DNA of 48,266 bases from assembly GCA_009692245.1 (NCBI GenBank), contig SHZN01000001.1, positions 1 to 48,266 on the forward strand. Direction: 5' to 3'. The DNA comes from Gammaproteobacteria bacterium (GTDB lineage Bacteria > Pseudomonadota > Gammaproteobacteria > Steroidobacterales > Steroidobacteraceae). Positions 38,205 through 47,118 of this stretch are shown one piece after another. The notes under the pieces are model-generated. The model had not been told where the DNA came from. It saw nothing but the letters and a program-made list of their open reading frames with translations, and did not search any database. Every line of letters begins with the position of its first letter. Within the stretch, counting starts at the first letter, position 1. The translations under genes and the position numbers were made by a program.

Positions 38205-38624
38205 TCACTCGATCGGCGGCCGCCCACGTAGCTGCTTCAGGCTTTTGCGCTGGCGCTTGCCCTCGAGCCTGCGGGCACGGGCGCCCCTGGTCGGACGCGT
38301 TGCTTTGCGCGCTTTCGGCACGTGGCGGGCCGCGATGATCAGTTCCTCGAGCCGCGTGATTGCATCGCGACGATTGGCTTCGCGGCTGCGATGCCGGTGG
38401 GCCTCGAGCACGATTTCGTCCAGCCATGTCAGGCGCCGGCCTGCCAATACCCGCAGCCTTTGCCTGCCTGCTTCGTCGAGCAGCGTCGTCGCGCCGACCC
38501 CGAACCGCAGCTCGCAGGCGCTCGAGACCTTGTTGACGTTCTGGCCGCCCGGTCCGGGGCTGCGCACATAGGTAAGCGTGTACTCGCCCTCGGGGATCGC
38601 GGGGCGCGCAGCGTCGTCACCCAT
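38205..38624 (-). CDS. arfB: Alternative ribosome-rescue factor ArfB (YaeJ, peptidyl-tRNA hydrolase)
   Basis: 139 aa with the GGQ motif in SPGPGGQNVNKV and a basic C-terminal tail (KARKATRPTRGARARRLEGKRQRK). Confidence 0.9.
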   Translation of the reverse strand: MGDDAARPAIPEGEYTLTYVRSPGPGGQNVNKVSSACELRFGVGATTLLDEAGRQRLRVLAGRRLTWLDEIVLEAHRHRSREANRRDAITRLEELIIAARHVPKARKATRPTRGARARRLEGKRQRKSLKQLRGRPPIE

Positions 38625-38626
38625 CG

Positions 38627-39973
38627 CTAGTCCTGGCCGTCGTTGGATGGTGTGATGGGATTCGACGCGCGCGGTGCGAGTGCCGAAGCCGACTTGCCGC
38701 CTTCCAGGATCCGGATCTCACGCTGAGGCGGCGGAATCGTCACGCCGTTTTGCCTGAATAGCGCCCAGATCCTGCGATTGACGTCTGAACGCACGTTGTT
38801 GACACCCTCGGCCGGGTCGTGGATCCAGAAGCGCAACTCGATCTCCATACCTGAATCGGCGAACTGCATCAGACGCGAGACCGCCGGCGGGTCGCGCAGG
38901 ATGCGCGGGTGATCGGCGGCTTCGAGCAGCAGTTTCAGGGCCAGCTCGGGGTCGTCCTGGTAGCTGATTCGCACCGGTACGTGCAGCCGCACCCTCGGGT
39001 TCCCGTAGCTCCAGTTGATCAGCGCGTTAGTGATCACGTTCTGGTTTGGCACGAGTGTCGCGACCCCGTCACGATCGCGGATCACGATATGACGCGCGCG
39101 CAATTCCTCGACCCAGCCGAAACCGGTCGTGCTGGTGCCAGTCGTGCCGGTGAAGCTGATCACGTCTCCCGGCTTGATGGAGCGATCCAGAAGCAGTACG
39201 AATCCGCTGACGAAATTGGCCGCAATTGCCTGCAAGCCGAAACCCAGGCCGAGACCGATCGCGCCCGAGAACACGGTCAGCGTCGTCAGATCGACGCCCG
39301 CAGCCTGAAGGCCCAGCAGTGCACCGAATCCAATCAGTATTGCGTGGGCGAACTTGCCGATTCCAATCCGCGTTGAATGTGCGAGTTGTTCGACCATGCC
39401 GACGCGCCGATCGACCCAGCGCGCGACCCAGACACTGGCGACGACGAATATTGTGACTGTGGTGATTGCCTTCAGGACGGACCAGATCGTGATGCGCGTC
39501 GTGCCCGCCGAAAGCCCGAATGATTCGAGCGCCGCCACGACCGTGTCGAGCCATCCCAGGAGTTGCGTCGCGGCGACAAGCCAGATGACAAGGGTGACGC
39601 GCAGTTCCCAGGCCTTGATGCGCAACCCCTGGCCCAGGGACAGGCGCAACAGGAAAACCAGCAGGCGGATCACGGCCAGCGCGACCAGCAGTGGCAACGC
39701 GGCCTCCAGCCACGTCGTGGGATGACCCGACGCGACCAACAGCGGCCGGGTGGCGGTCAGGATCAAGAGCCCCAGCAGGTATGGCGCAATGATGGCCAGT
39801 GCGTCGATAGCAGGGCCGCGCGCACTCGTGCCGGTGTCCGGGCGAGTCAGGTACCAGCGTCGCCCGCGCAGGACACTGGCGAGCACGACCGCGAAGACGC
39901 TGGCCATGACCGCAATCTGCGCCGCACCGGCACTCTGGAACGCGCGAACGATCGGGTCGGCGAATTCATCCAT
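38627..39973 (-). CDS. Mechanosensitive ion channel family protein (MscS family)
   Basis: 448 aa with multiple N-terminal TM helices, the MscS pore/beta-domain region (NFVSGFVLLLDRSIKPGDVI) and a C-terminal alpha/beta domain. Confidence 0.8.
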   Translation of the reverse strand: MDEFADPIVRAFQSAGAAQIAVMASVFAVVLASVLRGRRWYLTRPDTGTSARGPAIDALAIIAPYLLGLLILTATRPLLVASGHPTTWLEAALPLLVALAVIRLLVFLLRLSLGQGLRIKAWELRVTLVIWLVAATQLLGWLDTVVAALESFGLSAGTTRITIWSVLKAITTVTIFVVASVWVARWVDRRVGMVEQLAHSTRIGIGKFAHAILIGFGALLGLQAAGVDLTTLTVFSGAIGLGLGFGLQAIAANFVSGFVLLLDRSIKPGDVISFTGTTGTSTTGFGWVEELRARHIVIRDRDGVATLVPNQNVITNALINWSYGNPRVRLHVPVRISYQDDPELALKLLLEAADHPRILRDPPAVSRLMQFADSGMEIELRFWIHDPAEGVNNVRSDVNRRIWALFRQNGVTIPPPQREIRILEGGKSASALAPRASNPITPSNDGQD

Positions 39974-40018
39974 CGTGCGACGTTACCATTGATCGGGCGC
40001 GGGCCACCCGTTGTGACA

Positions 40019-40240
40019 TCAGGCGTTGAGGTCCGGGATCAACTCGCTTTCGAGCCGCATGATCTGGTCTTTGAGCATCAGTTTGCGTTTCTTGAGGCGC
40101 CGCAACTGCAGCTCGTCGACATAGAGGTCCATCGACAGGCGGCAGATCACGTCGTCGAGGTCGCGGTGCTCGATGCGCAGTTCGCGCAGACGCTGCATCC
40201 GCTCGAAAAGCTGGGTGTTGACCTTGTCGTCGTCCGTCAT
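40019..40240 (-). CDS. YdcH/DUF465 family small protein
   Basis: 73 aa from ATG 40240. The coiled-coil pattern is LRELRIEHRDLDD...LRRLKKRKLMLKDQI. The start overlaps the upstream stop (ATGA). Confidence 0.7.
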   Translation of the reverse strand: MTDDDKVNTQLFERMQRLRELRIEHRDLDDVICRLSMDLYVDELQLRRLKKRKLMLKDQIMRLESELIPDLNA

Positions 40241-41109
40241 GCCGGTTCGGCGTCGGTCTCGAATTCGGGGAACGGCGGCCCCGCCCACACCGGCCGGACC
40301 GACCCTGGAAGCTTAGCCAAACGCCCGGGCGGATTCCACGGAATCGCCGGGTCGTGAAAGTCGGAACCGACCGAGCCGTCAAGACCGCAGCGGACGGCGA
40401 GCGCAATAGCCTGGTCGGCATTGCGGATTCCGCCGCCACCCGTGATGACCTCGATCCCCCGGCCGCCGGCGGTGACAAACTCGGCGCAAAGTTCGCGCCG
40501 CGCTCCGGCTGACAGCGGATAGCGCATCGGATGCGCAATCACGGCGCTGCCGCCGGCTGCCACGACCCAGCCGGTCGCTTCCGCAAGCGTTGGCCATTTC
40601 GCGGCGAAATAGCCTGGGCGGCCGCGGGCCAGCCAGCGATCGAATGCGGTCGCGGCATCCTTGGCTGCACCGAGCGTGACCAGCGCGCGGGCGAAGTGCA
40701 TGCGTGTGGGCAGTTGGCCGGCCGCGTGCACCAATTCAAGTGCAGCGTCCCCCGGGGCCCCTGCCGCGGTGAGGCGGGCGGCCATCTGCTCGGCACGCTC
40801 CAGCCTCTCTGCCTGCAGCAGGCGCAGGCCGCGCACCAGCGGCAAGGCAGCCGGATCGAATGCGAGGCCCAGCACGTGCAATGCGCGGCCTCTCCAGTCG
40901 ACCGACAGTTCGACGCCGGTAATCAGGATGACGCCCAGGCGTTTCGCAGCCGCAGCAGCCTCATCAAGGCCGGCGACCGTATCGTGATCGGTCAATGCCA
41001 TGAACCTGACACCGCAGCCGGCGGCGTGGGCAACGAGCGCAGCCGGTTCGAGCACGCCATCGGAGGCGGAGGAGTGCAGGTGCAGATCCACCGGCGAAAC
41101 AGGGTTCAT
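40237..41109 (-). CDS. PHP-domain phosphoesterase (TrpH/YciV family; 3',5'-nucleoside bisphosphate phosphatase / RNase AM type)
   Basis: The N-terminal VDLHLHSSASDG motif, later His/Asp clusters (LTDHD, IAHP) and the 290-aa size fit the family. Confidence 0.8.
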   Translation of the reverse strand: MNPVSPVDLHLHSSASDGVLEPAALVAHAAGCGVRFMALTDHDTVAGLDEAAAAAKRLGVILITGVELSVDWRGRALHVLGLAFDPAALPLVRGLRLLQAERLERAEQMAARLTAAGAPGDAALELVHAAGQLPTRMHFARALVTLGAAKDAATAFDRWLARGRPGYFAAKWPTLAEATGWVVAAGGSAVIAHPMRYPLSAGARRELCAEFVTAGGRGIEVITGGGGIRNADQAIALAVRCGLDGSVGSDFHDPAIPWNPPGRLAKLPGSVRPVWAGPPFPEFETDAEPA

Positions 41110-41417
41110 ACCGGCCTCGGCCCCAGGCCAACCGTGTCGACCGAATCTCCGGTGATCACGACGAAGCCGCGGCGACGGCTGAAGCCGTCCTCCGTATAGT
41201 CGAAGACGTAGGTGCGCCGCCAGGCGAGCGGCGACTCGGAATGCCGAATGAGCTTCAGGCGGTGTATCGAGACCGTGCCATCGAGCATCTGGACCTGGGC
41301 GCTCGTGCAGGTGTCCATTGCCACGCGATTCGCGAGCTCACGCGCGGCGAGGCTCGAATGCCAGAACAAGCCGAGTATTGCGAGAAGCAGCGTCGCGAGC
41401 AGGAGCTCCCAGCTCAT
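41106..41417 (-). CDS. Small membrane-anchored protein, probably DUF3301 family
   Basis: 103 aa with a single N-terminal TM segment. It overlaps both neighbours by 4 nt. The family call is from memory only. Confidence 0.45.
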   Translation of the reverse strand: MSWELLLATLLLAILGLFWHSSLAARELANRVAMDTCTSAQVQMLDGTVSIHRLKLIRHSESPLAWRRTYVFDYTEDGFSRRRGFVVITGDSVDTVGLGPRPV

Positions 41418-42214
41418 CGCAGCAGCGCTAGCCAGTCCGTGCCAGGGTCCGCATAGGCGATGAAATACGGATTCAGGACGTCGTCACCCTTGTTGTAGGA
41501 GAGTGGCTGGCCATCCAGCTGCAAAACCTGGGCGCCCGCCTGCTCGGCGACACATTGCCCTGCAGCCGTGTCCCACTCGCTGGTCGGACCCAGCCTCGGA
41601 TACACGTCGGCCAGGCCTTCGGCGACCAGGCACATCTTGAGCGAACTGCCGACTTCAACGAACTCGTGCGGTCCGACGCGCGCGAGGAAGCTGTCGAGGG
41701 AGCTGCCGCGATGCGAGCGGCTGCCGACCACGCGCACCGGCCCCGGACCGCGCGCCGCCACGCGGATCGGCCGGCCCGCGGCGGTGGCATCGGAACGGAA
41801 CGCCCCGATTCCCTCGCAGGCGTAATAGTCGCGTCCGAGGACCGGTGCGTGCACGACGCCGAGCACCGGACGGTGATCGTGAACCAGCGCGATATTGACC
41901 GTGAATTCCCCATTGCGCTGCACGAATTCCTTGGTGCCGTCCAGCGGATCCACGACCCACAGCCAGTCCCAGGCAGCGCGCTTCGAATACGGCGCCTTGG
42001 CCGATTCCTCCGACAGGACAGGAATCTCGGGTGCAAGCCTGCGCAGCCCGGCCAGGATCAATCGCTCCGCCTGCAGATCGGCTTCGGTCAGCGGCGACCG
42101 ATCGTCCTTTTCCGTGACCGTGAATGACGATGCGTACACGCCGAGTATCGCGCGACCCGCCTCGCGGGCAAGCGCAGTAACGTCGAGCAGCAGGCGGTGC
42201 ATGTCGGGGATCAT
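41414..42214 (-). CDS. cysQ: 3'(2'),5'-bisphosphate nucleotidase
   Basis: Inositol-monophosphatase fold motifs are present: SPLTEAD, WVVDPLDGTKEFV (the CysQ-type TKEF) and WDTAAG. Confidence 0.85.
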   Translation of the reverse strand: MIPDMHRLLLDVTALAREAGRAILGVYASSFTVTEKDDRSPLTEADLQAERLILAGLRRLAPEIPVLSEESAKAPYSKRAAWDWLWVVDPLDGTKEFVQRNGEFTVNIALVHDHRPVLGVVHAPVLGRDYYACEGIGAFRSDATAAGRPIRVAARGPGPVRVVGSRSHRGSSLDSFLARVGPHEFVEVGSSLKMCLVAEGLADVYPRLGPTSEWDTAAGQCVAEQAGAQVLQLDGQPLSYNKGDDVLNPYFIAYADPGTDWLALLR

Positions 42215-42251
42215 TGCAACTCCGGAAAGGCGCGCGTTATATCATAGGCAC

Positions 42252-42965
42252 GTGCACAGCAGCGCCATCGTTCCTGATTGGTCGTCGATCGATACCGTGA
42301 TGCTGGACATGGACGGCACGCTGCTGGATCTCGACTTCGACATCCACTTCTGGCAGGAATGGGTTCCACGGCACTACGCGGCAAGCCGGCGCCTGCCGAT
42401 CGACGAGGCGCGCCAGGTGATGAAGCCGATTTTCGCGGCGAGCCATGGCACGCTCGACTGGTACTGCATCGACTATTGGAGCCGGGCGCTTTCGCTCGAT
42501 ATCGAGGCGCTCAAGCGCGCGGCGCGGCACCAGATCGCCTGGCTGCCAAAGGCGCGGGAATTCGTCGCGGGGCTGCGCGCCTCTGGCCGGCGGGTTGTGC
42601 TGGTGACTAATGCCCATCCGAAGTCGCTCGCAATCAAGGATGCGCACCTCGGGGTCCGGCGCGAATTTCATGCGGTTTATTCCTCGCACGAACTTGGCGA
42701 GGCCAAGGAAAGCGCCGCATTCTGGCCAAGACTCGCCGTGCAGGAGCCCTTCGACAAACGGCGGACACTCTATGTGGATGACAGCCTGCCCGTGTTGCGC
42801 GCGGCTCGGGGGCATGGCATCAAGTGGCTCTATGCAGTACGCCGGCCCAGCAGTCGCGCGCCTTCACGTGCGGTGAAGGATTTTCCGGGCGTCGATTCGG
42901 TGCACGAACTGGCGCAGGGGCTTGCGCCGCGCATCACGGAGAGTCAACCAGCCGGCGGTGCCTGA
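42252..42965 (+). CDS. yrfG: HAD-superfamily GMP/IMP nucleotidase YrfG
   Basis: Colinear with E. coli YrfG as I remember it: [48 protein letters not shown] 42252 corresponds to the E. coli start position. Confidence 0.8.
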   Translation: MHSSAIVPDWSSIDTVMLDMDGTLLDLDFDIHFWQEWVPRHYAASRRLPIDEARQVMKPIFAASHGTLDWYCIDYWSRALSLDIEALKRAARHQIAWLPKAREFVAGLRASGRRVVLVTNAHPKSLAIKDAHLGVRREFHAVYSSHELGEAKESAAFWPRLAVQEPFDKRRTLYVDDSLPVLRAARGHGIKWLYAVRRPSSRAPSRAVKDFPGVDSVHELAQGLAPRITESQPAGGA

Positions 42966-44386
42966 GGCCCGCTGCCGGGGCCACCGCCATGCCGGCGCCG
43001 CCGCCGCCGTTTCCTGGCGGGCGACGCAGCGTCCGCCGGGGCTGCGACCGGCGCGGCAGGCGCCACCGCGACCTTGACCGCCGCTTGCGCATGCGACCTG
43101 CCACCGCGATGATCCTGGCGGCCTTGTTCGTGACCGTGCCGATGGCGCGGGGCTGGCGCTGGGCCGTCCTCCTCGTCGTCATCCTGGCGCGGCGCCAGGT
43201 AGCCGGACCTGAGTTGCGGCAATTCCGCTGGGTCAAAGCTGCCGACCGGAATACGCTGGCCGATGAATGCCTCGATGTCGGGCAGCGAGACCACATATTG
43301 CTCGCAGCCGAAACTGACCGCGTCGCCGGCCGCTCCTGCGCGCGCCGTGCGACCGATGCGGTGCACGTAATCCTGCGCATCCTGCGGCAGGTCGTAATTG
43401 AACACGTGACTGACGTCTGGAATGTGCAGGCCGCGCGCGGCGACGTCGGTCGCAACCAGCACGGCGAGCTTGCCTTCGTGGAATTCCCGCAGCATGCGCA
43501 TGCGCTTGCGTTGCGGCACGTCGCCGGACATCGCGGCTGCGACGATGCCATTGGCACGTAATACGCGTTCCAGGCGCTCCGCAAGCCGCTTGGTATTGAC
43601 GAATACCATCGTGCGAGTCGCATCGGTCATCCGCAGGCGCGACACGAGCAGTGGGGCTTTTTCCTCCATTGCCGGGTAGTAAATGATCTGGCGGACACGG
43701 TCGGCGGTGACGCGCTCGGGCTCGATGCGGATCAGTTCCGGGTCATTCATGTGCTCGTAGGCGAGCTCGAGCACGCGATGCGACAATGTTGCGGAAAACA
43801 GCATATTCAGGCGGTATTCCGGTGCCGGCAGACGGCGTAGAAGGTAGCGGATGTCCTTGATGAATCCGAGATCGAACATCCGGTCGGCTTCGTCGAGGAC
43901 CAGCACCTGGACATGGTGCAGGTCAAAGACGTGCTGCTTGTAGTAATCGATGATGCGCCCGGGCGTGCCGATCAGGACATCGACGCCGGCCTGCAATTCC
44001 CGGCGTTGCTTGTCGTAATCCACGCCGCCATAGGCGAGGCCCAATGACAGGCCGGTGAATTGGCCGAGGAGTTCGGCGTCGCGGTGGATCTGGATCGCAA
44101 GTTCACGCGTCGGCGCGAGTACCAGGGCACGTGGCGAGGTACTGGGCCGGTCCGCCGAGGCCGGGTAGCGCAGCAGGTGGGTATACAGGGCGACGAGAAA
44201 AGCCGCGGTTTTTCCGGTGCCAGTCTGTGCCTGGCCCGCCACATCGAGGCCCGCCAGCGCGCGTGGGAGCGCCTCCGCCTGGATCGGGGTGCAGCGTTCG
44301 AAGCCAGCATCAGCGATGCCGCGGGCCACGGATTCGGGTAATTGCAAGCCGGTGAACGAGATTTCCGAGAATTGCTGTTCTGTCAC
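42944..44386 (-). CDS. rhlB: DEAD-box ATP-dependent RNA helicase RhlB
   Basis: Q-motif/motif I region [28 protein letters not shown], then [17 protein letters not shown] and an Arg-rich C-terminal tail. It is divergent from trxA-rho, as in enterobacteria. Confidence 0.85.
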   Translation of the reverse strand: MTEQQFSEISFTGLQLPESVARGIADAGFERCTPIQAEALPRALAGLDVAGQAQTGTGKTAAFLVALYTHLLRYPASADRPSTSPRALVLAPTRELAIQIHRDAELLGQFTGLSLGLAYGGVDYDKQRRELQAGVDVLIGTPGRIIDYYKQHVFDLHHVQVLVLDEADRMFDLGFIKDIRYLLRRLPAPEYRLNMLFSATLSHRVLELAYEHMNDPELIRIEPERVTADRVRQIIYYPAMEEKAPLLVSRLRMTDATRTMVFVNTKRLAERLERVLRANGIVAAAMSGDVPQRKRMRMLREFHEGKLAVLVATDVAARGLHIPDVSHVFNYDLPQDAQDYVHRIGRTARAGAAGDAVSFGCEQYVVSLPDIEAFIGQRIPVGSFDPAELPQLRSGYLAPRQDDDEEDGPAPAPRHRHGHEQGRQDHRGGRSHAQAAVKVAVAPAAPVAAPADAASPARKRRRRRRHGGGPGSGPQAPPAG

Positions 44387-44628
44387 TTGGCTACTACTGT
44401 GGCATTCATCTCTTGAAAAATGTCCTCCGACGCGCTACAAAAGCACCTGAGCACCGCGGTTCCCCGCTGACACCGCGTCCATCGGCACTCCGGAAGCGTC
44501 CCGCACAGGCTCCCGGGCATGTGCAAACACCCAGACAGGCAGCCAGAGTTCCAGCGCCAGAACCCTTATTGTGCCGTATCGGGCATTCGCCCGTCACCGA
44601 TCAACCGTAGACCAGGAGAAACCCCCGC

Positions 44629-44955
44629 GTGAGCGGCAATATCGTCCACACCTCTGATGCCACCTTCGAGTCCGATGTACTGAAATCGGACTTGCCGGTC
44701 CTGCTCGATTTCTGGGCCGAATGGTGCGGCCCCTGCAAGGCAATCGCCCCGATCCTCGACGACATCGCCAAGGACTACCAGGGCCGGGTCAAGATCGCCA
44801 AGCTGAATATCGACGACAACCGCCAGACACCCGTCAAATACGGTGTGCGCGGCATCCCGACGCTGATCCTGTTCAAGAACGGTGCGCCCGAGGCGCAGCA
44901 GGTCGGCCTGGTCGGGAAGTCGAAGCTGGCGGCATTGCTGGACCAGCACCTGTGA
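44629..44955 (+). CDS. trxA: Thioredoxin 1
   Basis: 108 aa with WAEWCGPCK and [17 protein letters not shown] start with AGGAGA upstream. Confidence 0.95.
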   Translation: MSGNIVHTSDATFESDVLKSDLPVLLDFWAEWCGPCKAIAPILDDIAKDYQGRVKIAKLNIDDNRQTPVKYGVRGIPTLILFKNGAPEAQQVGLVGKSKLAALLDQHL

Positions 44956-45008
44956 GGGGCTATCTCGGCAACCAGTCGCGCAATCGCCAGAAGGGCCATC
45001 GTAATCGC

Positions 45009-45059
45009 GGCGGCGGCGGCGGCGGCAGCGGTGGTGGCGGAGGCGGTGGCGGCGGCGGA
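45009..45059 (+). repeat. Imperfect GGN trinucleotide tract: (GGC)6 AGC GGT GGT GGC GGA GGC GGT (GGC)3 GGA
   Basis: Read directly from the sequence. In the rho frame it encodes G6-S-G10. Confidence 0.9.
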
Positions 45060-45158
45060 CCGCGTCATGGCAATGAAGGGCTTCCGATCGACGATCATGT
45101 CGACGGTTCGGAAGGCGACACAATCTCGCCGGAGGAGCTGGCCGCATCGCGCAGCTCC

Positions 45159-46418
45159 ATGAATCTGACCGAGCTGAAGAACAAGCCGGTCCACGAACTC
45201 GTGACGATGGCCGAGTCCATGGGACTCGAGAACATGGCGCGCCAGCGCAAGCAGGACGTCATCTTCTCGATCCTGAAGACGCATGCGCGCAGTGGCGAGG
45301 ACATCTACGGCGACGGTGTGCTCGAGATCCTGCAGGACGGCTTTGGATTCCTGCGCTCGGCCGATAGCTCGTATCTTGCAGGGCCGGATGACATTTACGT
45401 CAGTCCCAGCCAGATCCGCCGCTTCAACCTGCGCACCGGCGACACGATTTCCGGGCTGATCCGTCCGCCAAAGGACGGCGAACGCTACTTCGCGCTGCTG
45501 AAAGTCGGCGAAATCAACTTCGACACACCGGAAAGCGCGCGCCACAAGCTGCTGTTCGAAAACCTGACGCCGCTGCACCCGACCAAGCGGCTCAAGCTCG
45601 AGCGCGGCAATGGCTCGACCGAGGACCTGACCGCGCGCGTGATCGACCTGATGGCGCCGCTCGGCAAGGGCCAGCGCGGCCTGATCATCTCGCCGCCGAA
45701 AGCCGGCAAGACGATGCTGTTGCAGAACATCGCGACCTCGATCACCTGGAACCATCCCGACCTGTACCTGATCGTGCTGCTGATCGACGAGCGGCCTGAA
45801 GAAGTGACCGAGATGACGCGCACCGTGAAGGGCGAGGTCGTCGCGTCCACCTTTGACGAGCCGGCCAGTCGTCACGTACAGGTCGCCGAGATGGTGATCG
45901 AAAAGGCCAAGCGCCTGGTCGAGCACAAGCGCGACGTCGTGATCCTGCTCGATTCGATCACGCGCCTCGCGCGCGCCTACAACACCGTCGTGCCGAGCTC
46001 CGGCAAGGTGCTGACCGGCGGCGTGGACGCCAACGCATTGCAGCGGCCGAAGCGCTTCTTCGGCGCGGCGCGCAATGTGGAGGAGGGCGGTTCGCTGACG
46101 ATCATTGCGACCGCGCTGATCGACACCGGCTCGCGCATGGACGACGTGATCTACGAGGAATTCAAGGGCACCGGCAACTGCGAAATCCACCTCGATCGCC
46201 GGATTTCGGAGAAGCGGGTATTCCCGGCCTTCAACATCAATCGTTCCGGCACGCGCCGCGAGGAACTGATCACGGCGCAGGACGAGCTGGCCAAGATGTG
46301 GATCCTGCGCAAACTCCTGCACCCGATGGACGAGCTCGCCGCGGTCGAGTTCCTGATCGACAAGATGAAGGACACCAAGACCAACGCGGAGTTCTTCGAC
46401 TCGATGAAGCGCGGATGA
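45159..46418 (+). CDS. rho: Transcription termination factor Rho (canonical 419-aa form; a possible upstream in-frame extension from GTG 44952 is described in findings)
   Basis: Near-identical to E. coli Rho over the whole length ([11 protein letters not shown]..., [38 protein letters not shown]...SGTR). Confidence 0.95.
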   Translation: MNLTELKNKPVHELVTMAESMGLENMARQRKQDVIFSILKTHARSGEDIYGDGVLEILQDGFGFLRSADSSYLAGPDDIYVSPSQIRRFNLRTGDTISGLIRPPKDGERYFALLKVGEINFDTPESARHKLLFENLTPLHPTKRLKLERGNGSTEDLTARVIDLMAPLGKGQRGLIISPPKAGKTMLLQNIATSITWNHPDLYLIVLLIDERPEEVTEMTRTVKGEVVASTFDEPASRHVQVAEMVIEKAKRLVEHKRDVVILLDSITRLARAYNTVVPSSGKVLTGGVDANALQRPKRFFGAARNVEEGGSLTIIATALIDTGSRMDDVIYEEFKGTGNCEIHLDRRISEKRVFPAFNINRSGTRREELITAQDELAKMWILRKLLHPMDELAAVEFLIDKMKDTKTNAEFFDSMKRG

Positions 46419-47050
46419 CGGACGCCCTGCGCCACCTGCGCCGGGGCGACCCGGTGATGGCGCAGCTCATCCGCCGCGCCGGTCCCTTCGTCCTCAAGCC
46501 CGACCGCAGCCGCAGCCCCTATGAGTCGCTGCTGCGGGCCGTCGCTCACCAGCAACTGACCGGCAAGGCGGCCAGCACGATCCTCGGCCGCTTCTGCGCG
46601 CTCTACGAGGGCAACCGCTATCCGCTTCCTGCGGAGCTTGTCGAGACGCCGGACGAGCAACTGCGCGCGGCCGGTTTCTCGCGCGCCAAGGCGGCGTCGC
46701 TGAAGGACATCGCCGCGAAGACCCTGGATGGCACGATCCCCGAGCGCCGCTAGCTGACGAGACTGTCCGACGAAGCGATCATCGAGCGGCTCACCGAGGC
46801 CCGCGGCGTCGGCCGCTGGACCGTCGAGATGTTCCTGATGTTCACGCTCGGCCGTCCCGACGTGCTGCCCGTGGACGACTACGGAATCCAGAATGGCTAT
46901 CGCCTGGCCTATAGCAAGCGGCGCCTGCCAAAACCACGTGTACTCGCCACTTACGGCCAGCGCTGGGCGCCTTACCGGACGACGGCCTCGTGGTACCTTT
47001 GGCGAGCGGTGGATTTCGACCGGGAGACGAGAAAGCAGGCAACGCTGTAG
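46415..47050 (+). pseudogene. HhH-GPD family DNA glycosylase (short AlkA/3-methyladenine glycosylase II-like) interrupted by one in-frame TAG (46751-46753)
   Basis: The start ATG overlaps the rho stop (ATGA). The N-terminal part is ...YESLLRAVAHQQLTGKAASTI.... After the TAG the same frame continues LSDEAIIERLTEARGVGRWTVEMFLMFTLGRPDVLPVDDYGI...WAPYRTTASWYLW, i.e. the helix-hairpin-helix, Gly/Pro loop and catalytic Asp. Confidence 0.75.
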
Positions 47051-47118
47051 GAGCGGAATCGCACCCGTTTGAAATAGCGATACCCCGATCCGCGTTGAAA
47101 GGCGGAGACACAGACCTG

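Noticed and set aside
42944-42965. 22-nt overlap of the convergent 3' ends of yrfG and rhlB (and an 8-nt overlap of hss and greB at 24237-24244)
   Set aside because: Short convergent overlaps are common in compact high-GC genomes, and there is no additional structure suggesting regulation.
44721-44951. Part of the long rho-frame ORF that overlaps trxA
   Set aside because: It lies in an alternative frame of the highly conserved trxA coding sequence. Only the portion from GTG 44952 onward is considered as a possible Rho extension.
44775-46322. 515-aa minus-strand ORF opposite rho
   Set aside because: The sense strand encodes a near-canonical Rho, so the antisense frame is merely stop-free.
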